The notes under the pieces were generated by a model. That model had not been told where the DNA came from, made no database searches, and was given only the letters and a program-made list of their open reading frames with translations. The translations under genes and the position numbers were made by a program. Positions 30,001 to 37,945 of a stretch of DNA of 64,000 bases are shown in pieces (position 1 is the stretch's first letter; each line of letters begins with the position of its first letter). The DNA lies in assembly GCA_015055665.1 (NCBI GenBank), contig SVHX01000005.1, positions 6,896 to 70,895 on the forward strand, given 5' to 3'. Source of the DNA: Clostridiales bacterium. GTDB lineage: Bacteria > Bacillota > Clostridia > Christensenellales > UBA1242.

Positions 30001-31917
30001 AGAGTATCCATCACTAGTTAGGGCGGTCTTAAGAAGGCTATCTTCGCCAATAAACGCTCTAACATCTTCCTGAAGTTGGGCAAATCTTGCTTTTAGCTCG
30101 TTAAATTTGACTTTTATGGCGTTTCTACGCTTAAAGCCTTTCTCGGTTATGTCAGATTTTGCTAGTATTGTAATGACTTTGTTAATCTCATTTTCGCTAA
30201 TATTAGCATTAATTAGGTACATAAATAACACCGGCTTAAGCACTGCGTACTTGCTAAAGTCAAATGGCTCAAGGTGAGAATCAAGTAATTTACTAATATA
30301 TACACTAAGTGCGTTGAAGTTCTCGATATTTATATCCATCTTAAGGAAAGGTATAAATGGATTTTTGTTACATAATTGTGTATAGCGATAGAATAGTTTG
30401 TCTTTTTTCTTCTCAGAAATTTTCTCTGTAATATTTTTAAGGGTATGATAATCAAACTCCATAATCTTGTCGTTAGCAATTAGAGATTTGTAAATCTTGA
30501 ATTCTGGAGTGCCTTTCTTGGCTTGAATACTAGCAGAATATAGCTTCTGAAGAGATATGCCATATGGAAGAGGGTTAAATAGTGCATTAGATAGCTCTTC
30601 TAGGTGTGCAACTTCCATATTGATTTCGTTAGCAAGTTTGTCGTGTTCTTGCATGGATTCGTCGTTGTGCCCAGCTAATACCTCGTTATGAACTCTCTTA
30701 ACTTTGTCATAGAACATTGTTCCGCTCTTCTCGACATCTGTTATGTACATTGTCTTGTTGGCAAGAGTTCCTAGTCTATTGTATACTACGTCCATTGCAA
30801 CTTTCTTCTGCGATACAACGAGCACTTTCTTTCCCTTGGATACCGAATCAGAAATAATATTAACAATAGATTGAGATTTACCAGTTCCTGGAGGTCCAAA
30901 GATAACAACGTTGCCAGCACGATTAATTTCGTCAAGTGATGTTTGTTGAGCGTAGTCACTCTCGGTAATAGGGAAGTTGTCTACAGATGTAACTTTGTTC
31001 TTAGGCATTTCCTTATTGCTAAGTAACATTTCGATAGCTGGAGTTGTAAGGTTCTGTTTCTCTAGCACTGCATAGTCGTTATATATCGAATTGGCAAGAG
31101 GGAATCTGCCTATAACAGCATAGTTCTTAACAGTAATCTTATCTCCTCTATGAGGCTCGCCACCTTCTTCAAAGTCTTCAAGAGATACTCTTTCGGTATA
31201 TTTAAGTTTGAATCCAAATGAGTTTAGATAATCAACAACTTCTCTAATGGTCTTGAAGTTAAATTTATTATCTCCATCAAACTCTTGAATCATGTCATCA
31301 ATAATTAGTTTGTGTTGCTTAGCATAAGCGAGTATAAATACTTTGTTAAGCTGGATAGGCTCGTCTTTCTTGAACTCGATATCAACAGTAAATTCGTCTT
31401 GGATAACAATAGTCATAGGGAAGAGTAGTAGAGGGGCTTTGATCATTGTGTCCTTATTGAGTTCGCCTTGAACAAATGGATATCCTACGAACATCTCGTA
31501 TCTACCAGTTTCTTTGGCGAATTCGTCCACTTCTCTCTTGAGTACTCTTAGATGATTAACTTGAGAGATATTAGCCTTCTTAAGTTCTTCCTTCTTGAGT
31601 CTTTCTCTACGCAAGTTCTCTTTCCTTGCATCTGTTGTATCCATCTTGGATTTGTCAAGAAATTTCTTCTCAAGTTTTTCTGATAGGTTGAGGATATCAA
31701 AAAGTTTTTCTCTGCTATCTTTGTTGATAAGAGTGAAACCAGTTCTCTTACCCTTCATGAGAAACTCTAAAAATAATGATGTGTTTTCTGAATCCTTCCT
31801 AAGAAGCTTTCCTATGTCGTATGCGTATTGTCTACCAATTTTTTTGGCATATAGGCTACGGTTTTTGCCAGAAATCTCCACTAAGCGTTCTTTGTACTTC
31901 TTGTAAATGCTATTCAT
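27094..31917 (-). CDS. 1607-aa DUF4011-like N-domain, SF1 (Upf1/DNA2-like) helicase, Vsr/DUF559-like endonuclease-fold domain and Lys/Glu/Ala-rich tail
   Basis: The Walker A is VVIFGPPGTGKSQ (around nt 30870-30900) and motif II is VIVFDEASQ. Further helicase motifs are YHYRS, NVQGEERD and RLNVAITRAKEK. A GIEIDSNAYHSS...RDVYRTKFLKSRGWNMMRLWSRDWW module follows at about 28230-28450. The final ~370 aa are low-complexity K/E/A/Q/T. Confidence 0.85.
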   Translation of the reverse strand: MNSIYKKYKERLVEISGKNRSLYAKKIGRQYAYDIGKLLRKDSENTSLFLEFLMKGKRTGFTLINKDSREKLFDILNLSEKLEKKFLDKSKMDTTDARKENLRRERLKKEELKKANISQVNHLRVLKREVDEFAKETGRYEMFVGYPFVQGELNKDTMIKAPLLLFPMTIVIQDEFTVDIEFKKDEPIQLNKVFILAYAKQHKLIIDDMIQEFDGDNKFNFKTIREVVDYLNSFGFKLKYTERVSLEDFEEGGEPHRGDKITVKNYAVIGRFPLANSIYNDYAVLEKQNLTTPAIEMLLSNKEMPKNKVTSVDNFPITESDYAQQTSLDEINRAGNVVIFGPPGTGKSQSIVNIISDSVSKGKKVLVVSQKKVAMDVVYNRLGTLANKTMYITDVEKSGTMFYDKVKRVHNEVLAGHNDESMQEHDKLANEINMEVAHLEELSNALFNPLPYGISLQKLYSASIQAKKGTPEFKIYKSLIANDKIMEFDYHTLKNITEKISEKKKDKLFYRYTQLCNKNPFIPFLKMDINIENFNALSVYISKLLDSHLEPFDFSKYAVLKPVLFMYLINANISENEINKVITILAKSDITEKGFKRRNAIKVKFNELKARFAQLQEDVRAFIGEDSLLKTALTSDGYSIIVDNILCASKSNIKLLNDALKNFTVIKDMRQNLEMLSDNERTVLDFALSISKTEEDIRNVISKLLPIRNYHEIVKAEEKEDKKLSIILDFENTKQRVINLKAEMLDINRNIAYFAFNDKYTDFYNNAKNNKDYLYVINKQENMWNIRKTMEYFHEYLLKLFPCWMMSPENVSSVMPLKQDLFDVIVFDEASQIFIENSIPTIYRGKNVAIAGDRKQLKPTTTFMKRYMGNENFEDLSLTEQAALEVESLLDLATSRYSNANLTYHYRSKYEELINFSNYAFYDEKLQIAPNIKKNVVKPIERIKVNGIWQDRRNHDEAVEVVKTIKKILQTRDNNQTIGVITFNTEQEHYIADIIDVECQKDPSFREAYLKEVSRKENGEDTGLFIKNIENVQGEERDIIIFSIGYAKNERGKVVALFGPLSQEGGENRLNVAITRAKEKIYLITSIEPEELNVQYSKNIGPKVLKKYLQYARAVSFGNKYEQKIILESLRKKTVIEEEVTGGLEEEIKVALEKKKYIVDTNIGSAKYKINLAIYNKKLDRYVLGIEIDSNAYHSSDSLLERDVYRTKFLKSRGWNMMRLWSRDWWTDKEKTIELIESKIAKAITRIQEEKANKKKPTKKESKVEENKVLGGNLFEKAQKETQVISTRLNRKVLARLEEDKLNEDAKSEEIKRLNETADYNLELEPILTQEEIKAEKAKTKKTRKKASPAPAEQQATEQITNNQESTPVEEKPAKKSKTKNLNPDGKYLDDIEAKYEGKKDRIAEKKAKKLDAKAEREEKKAQKLQAKQEKLEAQKQAKIEAQKAKEEAEQAKAIARKEKEKEARLAKRYNKKEISKVKSQLSSLQELKSKTSQASTKGKNEDTSTTPSKPALDKVSTPTTTVKPEVKVEQKAPVARKPLDNLRALAQKRNQESKQVSTPPTSATPNTNTNKDTLAKLMSLKNKTVSNSTASNSKQTTEKGKTSKKK

Positions 31918-31959
31918 ACTTTTCCACCTTCGTTGAAATATTAATTATAGATATTAATT

Positions 31960-31988
31960 AGTATAATACAAAAATATCGAATTGTAAA
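31960..31988 (-). promoter_or_regulatory. promoter of the helicase-nuclease gene
   Basis: On the minus strand the element reads TTTACA-N17-TATACT. The 5' UTR contains two direct ATATTAATTA copies (31938-31947 and 31951-31960). Confidence 0.45.
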
Positions 31989-32255
31989 GATGTAATTTCG
32001 AAAAAAGTTTAAAAAATAATTTTTTCAAAAAATAGTTGAGTGTATGTTGAGTAGTGATTGGTTGTTTTTGAGAATCTTCTTATTGTGAAATAATAGTAAA
32101 AATGTTAGTTGCAAATATATATGAAGTTAGTTTCTCTTTTTTTGATAGTGTGTAGGAAGATAAGAAAACGCAAATTGCAAAACTACTAATATTCGTGCAG
32201 TGGCTTTGTAAGCGTAATGTTGTGTGTTATAATATAGATAAGAAGAGGTGCGTTT

Positions 32256-32885
32256 ATGGGAGATGAAAACAAAAGTTTGAAGAAATATCTTAAAGATAAT
32301 ATGTTTCTGATATTTGCTTTGTTTTTTCTGATACCTGTAATTGTTTTGATTGTTGAATTTATAACAACAACAAATAGAGAGGTTGAGTTATATGTGTTTA
32401 TAATAATTTTTTCATTGGTAGATTTGGTGCTTTGGATAATTGCTATTAAGCAGATAAATAATAATGTGAAGGTTCTTTTAGTTGATCGTCGCGGTCGTGA
32501 ATATGATGCAACAGTGATAGGTATATCCGAGGAGGGGTGTGACGCTGATGGATTGGGGAAGTATGCCGTTAGTTACAAATGGTTGGATGAAAATGATGTA
32601 GAGTATAACTCTACAACTGAATATATATATTCACACGAAGAAGCATACTTTTTACTTAAGATGAGTGTTGTAAAAATAAAGGCAAGAGGGAAGTTTAGTG
32701 TTATAATAAGCAATCCTAAAAATAGCTGCGACGTTCCGAAGTCTATTGCCAATAAGGTGGCAAGTCATATGGATTATCGTAAACGCACGCTTTGTGAATA
32801 TTGTAACAAGCCAATATCTAAAGTTTCAAAAAGGTGTCCTCATTGTAAAGCTCTTGTGAATAATAAATCTAATGATAGTGCGTAA
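32256..32885 (+). CDS. membrane protein (two TM helices, DUF3592-like beta domain, C-terminal zinc ribbon)
   Basis: Two N-terminal TM helices are followed by YDATVIGISEEG...YAVSYKWLDENDVEY, a DUF3592-like pattern. The C-terminus has CEYCNKPISKVSKRCPHCKA. Confidence 0.6.
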   Translation: MGDENKSLKKYLKDNMFLIFALFFLIPVIVLIVEFITTTNREVELYVFIIIFSLVDLVLWIIAIKQINNNVKVLLVDRRGREYDATVIGISEEGCDADGLGKYAVSYKWLDENDVEYNSTTEYIYSHEEAYFLLKMSVVKIKARGKFSVIISNPKNSCDVPKSIANKVASHMDYRKRTLCEYCNKPISKVSKRCPHCKALVNNKSNDSA

Positions 32886-32952
32886 AGTCCGGTGAAGCTA
32901 TTGACAAAAAGTATTAACTAGTGTATAATAATAAATATAAGGAGGTAGATAT

Positions 32953-33444
32953 ATGAATAAAGATGATAAGTCATTTGAGTACTCAAACGAGAATATTGAA
33001 GAATATCTTGGGGAAAAGTCGAAGGTAACAAGTGTTGGGTCTGTTGGTGACCAATTAGTAGCTGATGGGAAAAAGTCTATTGGTGAGCAAAAAAATATAC
33101 ATTATTTGGAAGTACTTCTTGATCAATTCCCTAACACGCCTATAGTGTTGGAGTTTAAAGAATTAATTGAAAACTGGAATCCTTCATCTGAGAAATATTT
33201 TGATGATGCATTAGCTATGTCAAGGTTGATCCGTTCAATGGTAAGTGGTTCATTGGATGATTCTAAGGCATATGACAAAGTTTTATTGAATAATGTTGCA
33301 GATTATTATAAGAGTAAGCAAATTCCAGAGGTTCTAAGAACTCTATTATGTTCTTGCCTTGATGACGAGATTCAGAGAATAGAAACTGAGAAGGCAGTTT
33401 ATCTTAGCTCTCAGAATTCTAATTCAGATAACTATAGTATGTAG
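32953..33444 (+). CDS. hypothetical protein
   Basis: The RBS is AAGGAGG. The 163-aa product has no recognised motifs. Confidence 0.6.
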   Translation: MNKDDKSFEYSNENIEEYLGEKSKVTSVGSVGDQLVADGKKSIGEQKNIHYLEVLLDQFPNTPIVLEFKELIENWNPSSEKYFDDALAMSRLIRSMVSGSLDDSKAYDKVLLNNVADYYKSKQIPEVLRTLLCSCLDDEIQRIETEKAVYLSSQNSNSDNYSM

Positions 33445-33465
33445 TTATTAATTAATTTGAAATTT

Positions 33466-33494
33466 AAAAGCACAGCGGAACGCTGTGCTCTTTT
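33466..33494. terminator. bidirectional terminator (one of two near-identical copies)
   Basis: AAAAGCACAGCG-GAA-CGCTGTGCTCTTTT lies between convergent genes. An almost identical hairpin occurs at 37946-37975. Confidence 0.7.
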
Positions 33495-33519
33495 GTGTGG
33501 TTTGATTTAATTAATGCGA

Positions 33520-34170
33520 CTATTCTATAGTTGGAGCGTTGTCTGAACACATTTCGTCTAGCATTGAAAAAGCTTGGTCTTTTGTAATTTCGGTTCTTCT
33601 GATTGGTATCATGCCTTTGGATATTTTTGTAGTGAACTGTTCTTGTAGTTCATATTCTTTAGGGGTGGTTTTCATTAAAAACCCGAAATTAGTTACATGA
33701 TAAAATTGGGTTGAAGAATTAATCAAAGATGTAATAATTTCTTCAAGAGGGGTATCGGTATACAAGGCATTATCTGTATGGTACTTGGCGATATCTCTTA
33801 AATTACAAATATCGGGATAATTATCTACTATTTCGCATTGGTTGGTATCGATACCTGCGTCTTTATTTTCAAATATAAAAGAAAAGGACCTAGTGTTATA
33901 TTTATCTTGTTTGTCAAACAAAACTAGAGGGGAACCAATTAAGTATTTGTTAAACAATCCAATTTTTTTGGTTTCGTATTCGGATTGTTTAGCACCTTTA
34001 AGAGCCCTAACTAAATCTATACTCTTTAAGTCTTTTAATACATTGTATTGTTCGGGTGTAATGATATAAATATCACTACCATGAGAAGCTGCTGAAAGTC
34101 TTTCGAGTATATTAGAGCTATCGCAATTAATTTCTTTCATGCTTAACAAGTCATCTTTTAGAAATCTCAT
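33520..34170 (-). CDS. hypothetical protein (second gene of a two-gene operon)
   Basis: The 216-aa ORF has its RBS AGGAG embedded in the last codons of the upstream gene, with a 3-nt intergenic gap. No family was recognised. Confidence 0.65.
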   Translation of the reverse strand: MRFLKDDLLSMKEINCDSSNILERLSAASHGSDIYIITPEQYNVLKDLKSIDLVRALKGAKQSEYETKKIGLFNKYLIGSPLVLFDKQDKYNTRSFSFIFENKDAGIDTNQCEIVDNYPDICNLRDIAKYHTDNALYTDTPLEEIITSLINSSTQFYHVTNFGFLMKTTPKEYELQEQFTTKISKGMIPIRRTEITKDQAFSMLDEMCSDNAPTIE

Positions 34171-34173
34171 ATA

Positions 34174-34698
34174 TTATTCTCCTAGTTCATCTTTATTTAA
34201 TCCAGTGCAACAATCTAAACTTCTTGCTTTATTTTCAATGTTTTCTTGTGAATATTGACTCAATATTGTTTTACATTTTTGAAGTTGTCTTAAGCGATAT
34301 TTTTTCATAATGTTTTTGCTTTGTCTAGTTGTTAGGCTAATGTATCCCAACGTTTCTTGAGCTATAGATATTATATCTTTTGAATTTAAAAATTTACTTT
34401 GTTCGCATGTGTCTAAGACTGATTGTAAGTTAGATGCAAATTCTGAATTGCTTTTGCCAAAGCGAGTTGTTAGTGTTGCTTGAAACAAAACAAAGTTTTT
34501 AGCTTCGTTTTCTAACATCTCTAATATTTCTGAATCTGTGATATGTTCTGTATAGAATTGCATTCTTAGATTATGTCTAGCCGACAATAATTCATTTGAT
34601 TTTTTTAGTCTATAATAACGAACTGGCTCTTGTAGGATTTGTTGTTCCAAATCTTCAATTACTGATATTCTATTTTCTAAATCTTGTTTAATGCTCAT
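34174..34698 (-). CDS. hypothetical helical protein (first gene of a two-gene operon)
   Basis: The start was taken at the ATG at 34698 (MSIKQDLENR...), preceded by AGGAGATTAACA. The listed upstream extension would begin inside the -10 box. Confidence 0.65.
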   Translation of the reverse strand: MSIKQDLENRISVIEDLEQQILQEPVRYYRLKKSNELLSARHNLRMQFYTEHITDSEILEMLENEAKNFVLFQATLTTRFGKSNSEFASNLQSVLDTCEQSKFLNSKDIISIAQETLGYISLTTRQSKNIMKKYRLRQLQKCKTILSQYSQENIENKARSLDCCTGLNKDELGE

Positions 34699-34730
34699 TG
34701 TTAATCTCCTGTACCTCAATATGTGATATG

Positions 34731-34759
34731 AGTATAGCATAGACAAACTTCAAATTCAA
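34731..34759 (-). promoter_or_regulatory. strong sigma-A type promoter of the two-gene operon
   Basis: On the minus strand the element reads TTGAAT-N17-TATACT, with an extended -10 (TGcTATACT). Confidence 0.6.
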
Positions 34760-34976
34760 TACCCAAATTAAAAAAATAGTTAAATATAAATTGTTGTGTA
34801 TCGATTTATTTGAAATATAACTTTCATTGTTACGAAATTTTTTAGCATTTTTAGTAGGGAGTAAAAAATTCTTAATAATCTTAAGTTTTAATTTGGTGTT
34901 AGGGGGTGATAAAGGTGTTGTCAATTTTGCAAAAGAGTTCATATAATATTAAAGATTTTATTTTAAGGAGAAGTAT

Positions 34977-36290
34977 ATGAACCCTTTTAAAGAAAAACCG
35001 ATAAATTTATATAGTAGTTTTAGAAATTGGAAACAACTTTATCCAATGCCATACAATAAGGACAATATCGATCCTTATACAAAGGCAAGAATTATACTAA
35101 TGAATGGAACGGAATTTGAGGCGAATTGGTTTTCGCATAACTTTGCTCGTCACACAACAAATAATGATCTGCGTAGAGAACTTGCTCTTACTCGATCAAT
35201 TGAAAAACAGCAACAAATTAGGTTGTCTTTGTTGAAGCCGGCAAATGAAAGCATTCTAGAGCATACGATAAGTTATGAACAACTTGCGGTAGATTTAACC
35301 GCAGAACTTGCTCAAAGAGAATGTGATTGCTATGTAAAAAAAGCGCTTGATTTTGCTTTGCTAGAAGATTTTGATCATTTATATCGTTATTCTAATTTAC
35401 TGGAGATAGAGCAGGGAATAAAAGCTGAAAATTTGGTCGGGAGATATACTGAAATTATGCCAGCTAGACCAACTATTGCACATCATAGATTAAATATTGA
35501 TAACGTAAAGAAATCCATGTCTTCAAAGCTATTGAATAAACAATCGGTGTTAAATACAATGATTATAACTGCTGCGGAACAGCAAACAATGAATTACTAC
35601 ATGAATGTAACCAATTTAGTGAAAAGTGATCTTGCCAGAAAACTTTATATGGAAATTGCGCAAGTGGAAGAAGAGCATGTAACCCAATATGAATCGCTTA
35701 TGGATTCAGGTGCGACATGGTTAGAAATGTTATTGTGGCATGAATACACTGAGTGTTATTTGTATTGGTCTTGTTTTTTAACAGAAACGGATACCTACAT
35801 AAAGTCAATCTGGGAAGAGCATTTGCAAATGGAGATTGCGCATCTTCATAAAGCAAGTGAATTGCTGGAAAAGTATGAAAATAAAAATTGGCAAGAAGTT
35901 ATCCCTGACGGAGATTTTCCTGAACCTATTTCTCTTCATGAAAATATAGAATATGTGAGAAATGTTTTGAACAATACAGTTCAATTTACAGGTAATTTTG
36001 AAGAATATATCAATATCAATCAATTATCTAAAGATGCAAACTTCTTCAAGTATCAAGACATCATGAATCCGAACTCAGAAATTGTACCATCACATATTGT
36101 TATTGATTCACACATCAGAGCATTTGGGCAAGATTACAGATTCGAAGTTGCTGTAAATCCGATAGAGCAGTTGCGTAATAGAAGATGCGATAATACAAGT
36201 GTAGGAAGAGTGCCTAATGAAGCACGAAGCACTAATTTCTTTTGCAATACATTAAGTATAAATAATTCGTCTTCCAACCAACTGTATTAA
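34977..36290 (+). CDS. ferritin-like / di-iron carboxylate superfamily protein (437 aa)
   Basis: The RBS is AAGGAG. Spaced carboxylate/His motifs typical of four-helix-bundle di-iron proteins are present: LEDFDHLY, AAEQQT, QVEEEHVTQ, EYTECY, QMEIAHLH. The specific family was not recognised. Confidence 0.5.
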   Translation: MNPFKEKPINLYSSFRNWKQLYPMPYNKDNIDPYTKARIILMNGTEFEANWFSHNFARHTTNNDLRRELALTRSIEKQQQIRLSLLKPANESILEHTISYEQLAVDLTAELAQRECDCYVKKALDFALLEDFDHLYRYSNLLEIEQGIKAENLVGRYTEIMPARPTIAHHRLNIDNVKKSMSSKLLNKQSVLNTMIITAAEQQTMNYYMNVTNLVKSDLARKLYMEIAQVEEEHVTQYESLMDSGATWLEMLLWHEYTECYLYWSCFLTETDTYIKSIWEEHLQMEIAHLHKASELLEKYENKNWQEVIPDGDFPEPISLHENIEYVRNVLNNTVQFTGNFEEYININQLSKDANFFKYQDIMNPNSEIVPSHIVIDSHIRAFGQDYRFEVAVNPIEQLRNRRCDNTSVGRVPNEARSTNFFCNTLSINNSSSNQLY

Positions 36291-36422
36291 AAATAAAAAA
36301 CACGAGCTCGTTTGAAGTGACCCCTACGGGGTTCACTTCAAAGTATGTTAATTTTTGGTGGACTGAGCAAACCCTCAACCGAACTACTTGACTTTTAGAA
36401 AAGATTGAATTATAATGAAAGT

Positions 36423-36642
36423 GTAAAATCAAAAAATAAAAAGAGAGTAGCACAAAACTAAGGTTATAGCGAGTGACAGATGGTGAAAGGTCATACTGGA
36501 ATTTGGTGTGAAGGACACTTTTTAGTTTACACCCCTAGATTAATAAAAGAGTGGTCAATTTAATTTGACAAGTTAGGTGGCACCGCGGAAATTTTTTCGT
36601 CCTAAAATTATTTAAGAGATTAAATAATTCTAGGGCTTTTTT
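36423..36642 (+). promoter_or_regulatory. T-box riboswitch leader with GAC (Asp) specifier
   Basis: The promoter is TTGACT-N17-TATAAT (36388-36416). Stem I has AGCGAG...TGGTGAAAG. The specifier context is GAAG-GAC-A, with GAC at 36514-36516. The T-box is TTAGGTGGCACCGCGG (36573-36588), with the UGGC bulge matching a G73 discriminator. The terminator at 36601-36642 ends in a T-run. Confidence 0.8.
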
Positions 36643-36662
36643 GTTATTTAATAGGAGGATAT

Positions 36663-37943
36663 ATGTTAAAACAAATTGCAAAATTACAAGAAGGCAAAGT
36701 AAAATGCGGAGGTATGATTGATACCATTAGAGATAAGAAAAATATTCAGTTTGTTATTCTTAAAGATGCTAGTGGCAAGATCCAGTTAACAGTCGACAAA
36801 GTTTCTTACCCTGAAGTTGGAGAGGTGTTCTCGCATTTGTTGCCAGGTGCAACCGTTGAGGTTGAGGGGAATTTAGTTCTCTCGGAATATGTTAAGATGG
36901 GAGGAAAAGAAATACTAGTAGAATCTGTAAATGTTACAAGTACTGCAGAGGCAAGTCCCATAACTGAGGATACGTCAATTGATCAGCGAATTGACTACAG
37001 ATGGATTGACCTTAGATCTCAGAAAAATTTGCTAATGTTTAAAGTTCAAACATTGGTGCAACAGTGTTTTAGAGAGTTCTTGATTGAAAGGGATTTTATT
37101 GAAATTCACTCGCCCAAACTTATAGGTGCAGCATCCGAAAGTGGGTCAGATGTATTTGAAGTAAAATATTTTGATACCAAAGCATACCTTGCACAAAGTC
37201 CACAATTTTACAAACAGATGGCAATTGCAGGGGGATTTGGTAGAGTCTTTGAGTGCGGGGCAGTATTTAGAGCTGAGAAATCTCACTCGAGGAAGCACGC
37301 AACAGAGTTTACTGGATTCGACCTTGAATTTTCTGGTATTGAGAGCTATAAAGATATTATGGTAATGGAAGAGGAGTTACTCGAGTATACTCTAAGAAAA
37401 TTAAAAGATAAATACGGTGAGGAAATAAGCCAAATTTTTGGTGTTAGCATAGTAGTACCTAAACTACCTTTCCCAAGGATTAAACTGGCAGATTTGTATG
37501 CAGAATTAGAGTCATTATATGGTTATACTATTCCTGAGTCTGAGCGGGATGATATGACCACTGAGGCAGAGAAACTTTGTAAGCAATACGCTATGGGAAA
37601 ATTTGGTCATGAGTTTATATTTGTGACGGATTTTGGTGCAAGAAAAAGAGCGTTTTATCATCTAAGAGAAAATGGAATCCCTCAAGGATATGACTTAGTA
37701 TGGAAGGGGATGGAGATTACCACTGGTGCTCAGAGAGAACATAGATACGAGATACTAAAGTCACAGGCAAGAGAGATAGGGCTTGAGAAAGATGTTGAGT
37801 TTTATCTACAATTCTTTAAATACGGTTGTCCTCCACATGGTGGTTTCGGGCTGGGTTTAGATAGATTTATGATTAATCTACTAGACCTTAATATCAAGGA
37901 AGTACAATTTGTATTCCGTGGCCCAGATAGGCTAACGCCGTAA
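36663..37943 (+). CDS. aspS: aspartate--tRNA ligase, archaeal/eukaryotic-type class IIb (426 aa)
   Basis: An OB anticodon-binding N-domain precedes class II motifs FRAEKSHSRKHATEFTGFDLE and GAQREHRY. The C-terminus GCPPHGGFGLGLDRFMINLL...FRGPDRLTP is typical of the short AspRS type. The upstream GAC specifier supports Asp over Asn. Confidence 0.85.
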   Translation: MLKQIAKLQEGKVKCGGMIDTIRDKKNIQFVILKDASGKIQLTVDKVSYPEVGEVFSHLLPGATVEVEGNLVLSEYVKMGGKEILVESVNVTSTAEASPITEDTSIDQRIDYRWIDLRSQKNLLMFKVQTLVQQCFREFLIERDFIEIHSPKLIGAASESGSDVFEVKYFDTKAYLAQSPQFYKQMAIAGGFGRVFECGAVFRAEKSHSRKHATEFTGFDLEFSGIESYKDIMVMEEELLEYTLRKLKDKYGEEISQIFGVSIVVPKLPFPRIKLADLYAELESLYGYTIPESERDDMTTEAEKLCKQYAMGKFGHEFIFVTDFGARKRAFYHLRENGIPQGYDLVWKGMEITTGAQREHRYEILKSQAREIGLEKDVEFYLQFFKYGCPPHGGFGLGLDRFMINLLDLNIKEVQFVFRGPDRLTP

Positions 37944-37945
37944 TT

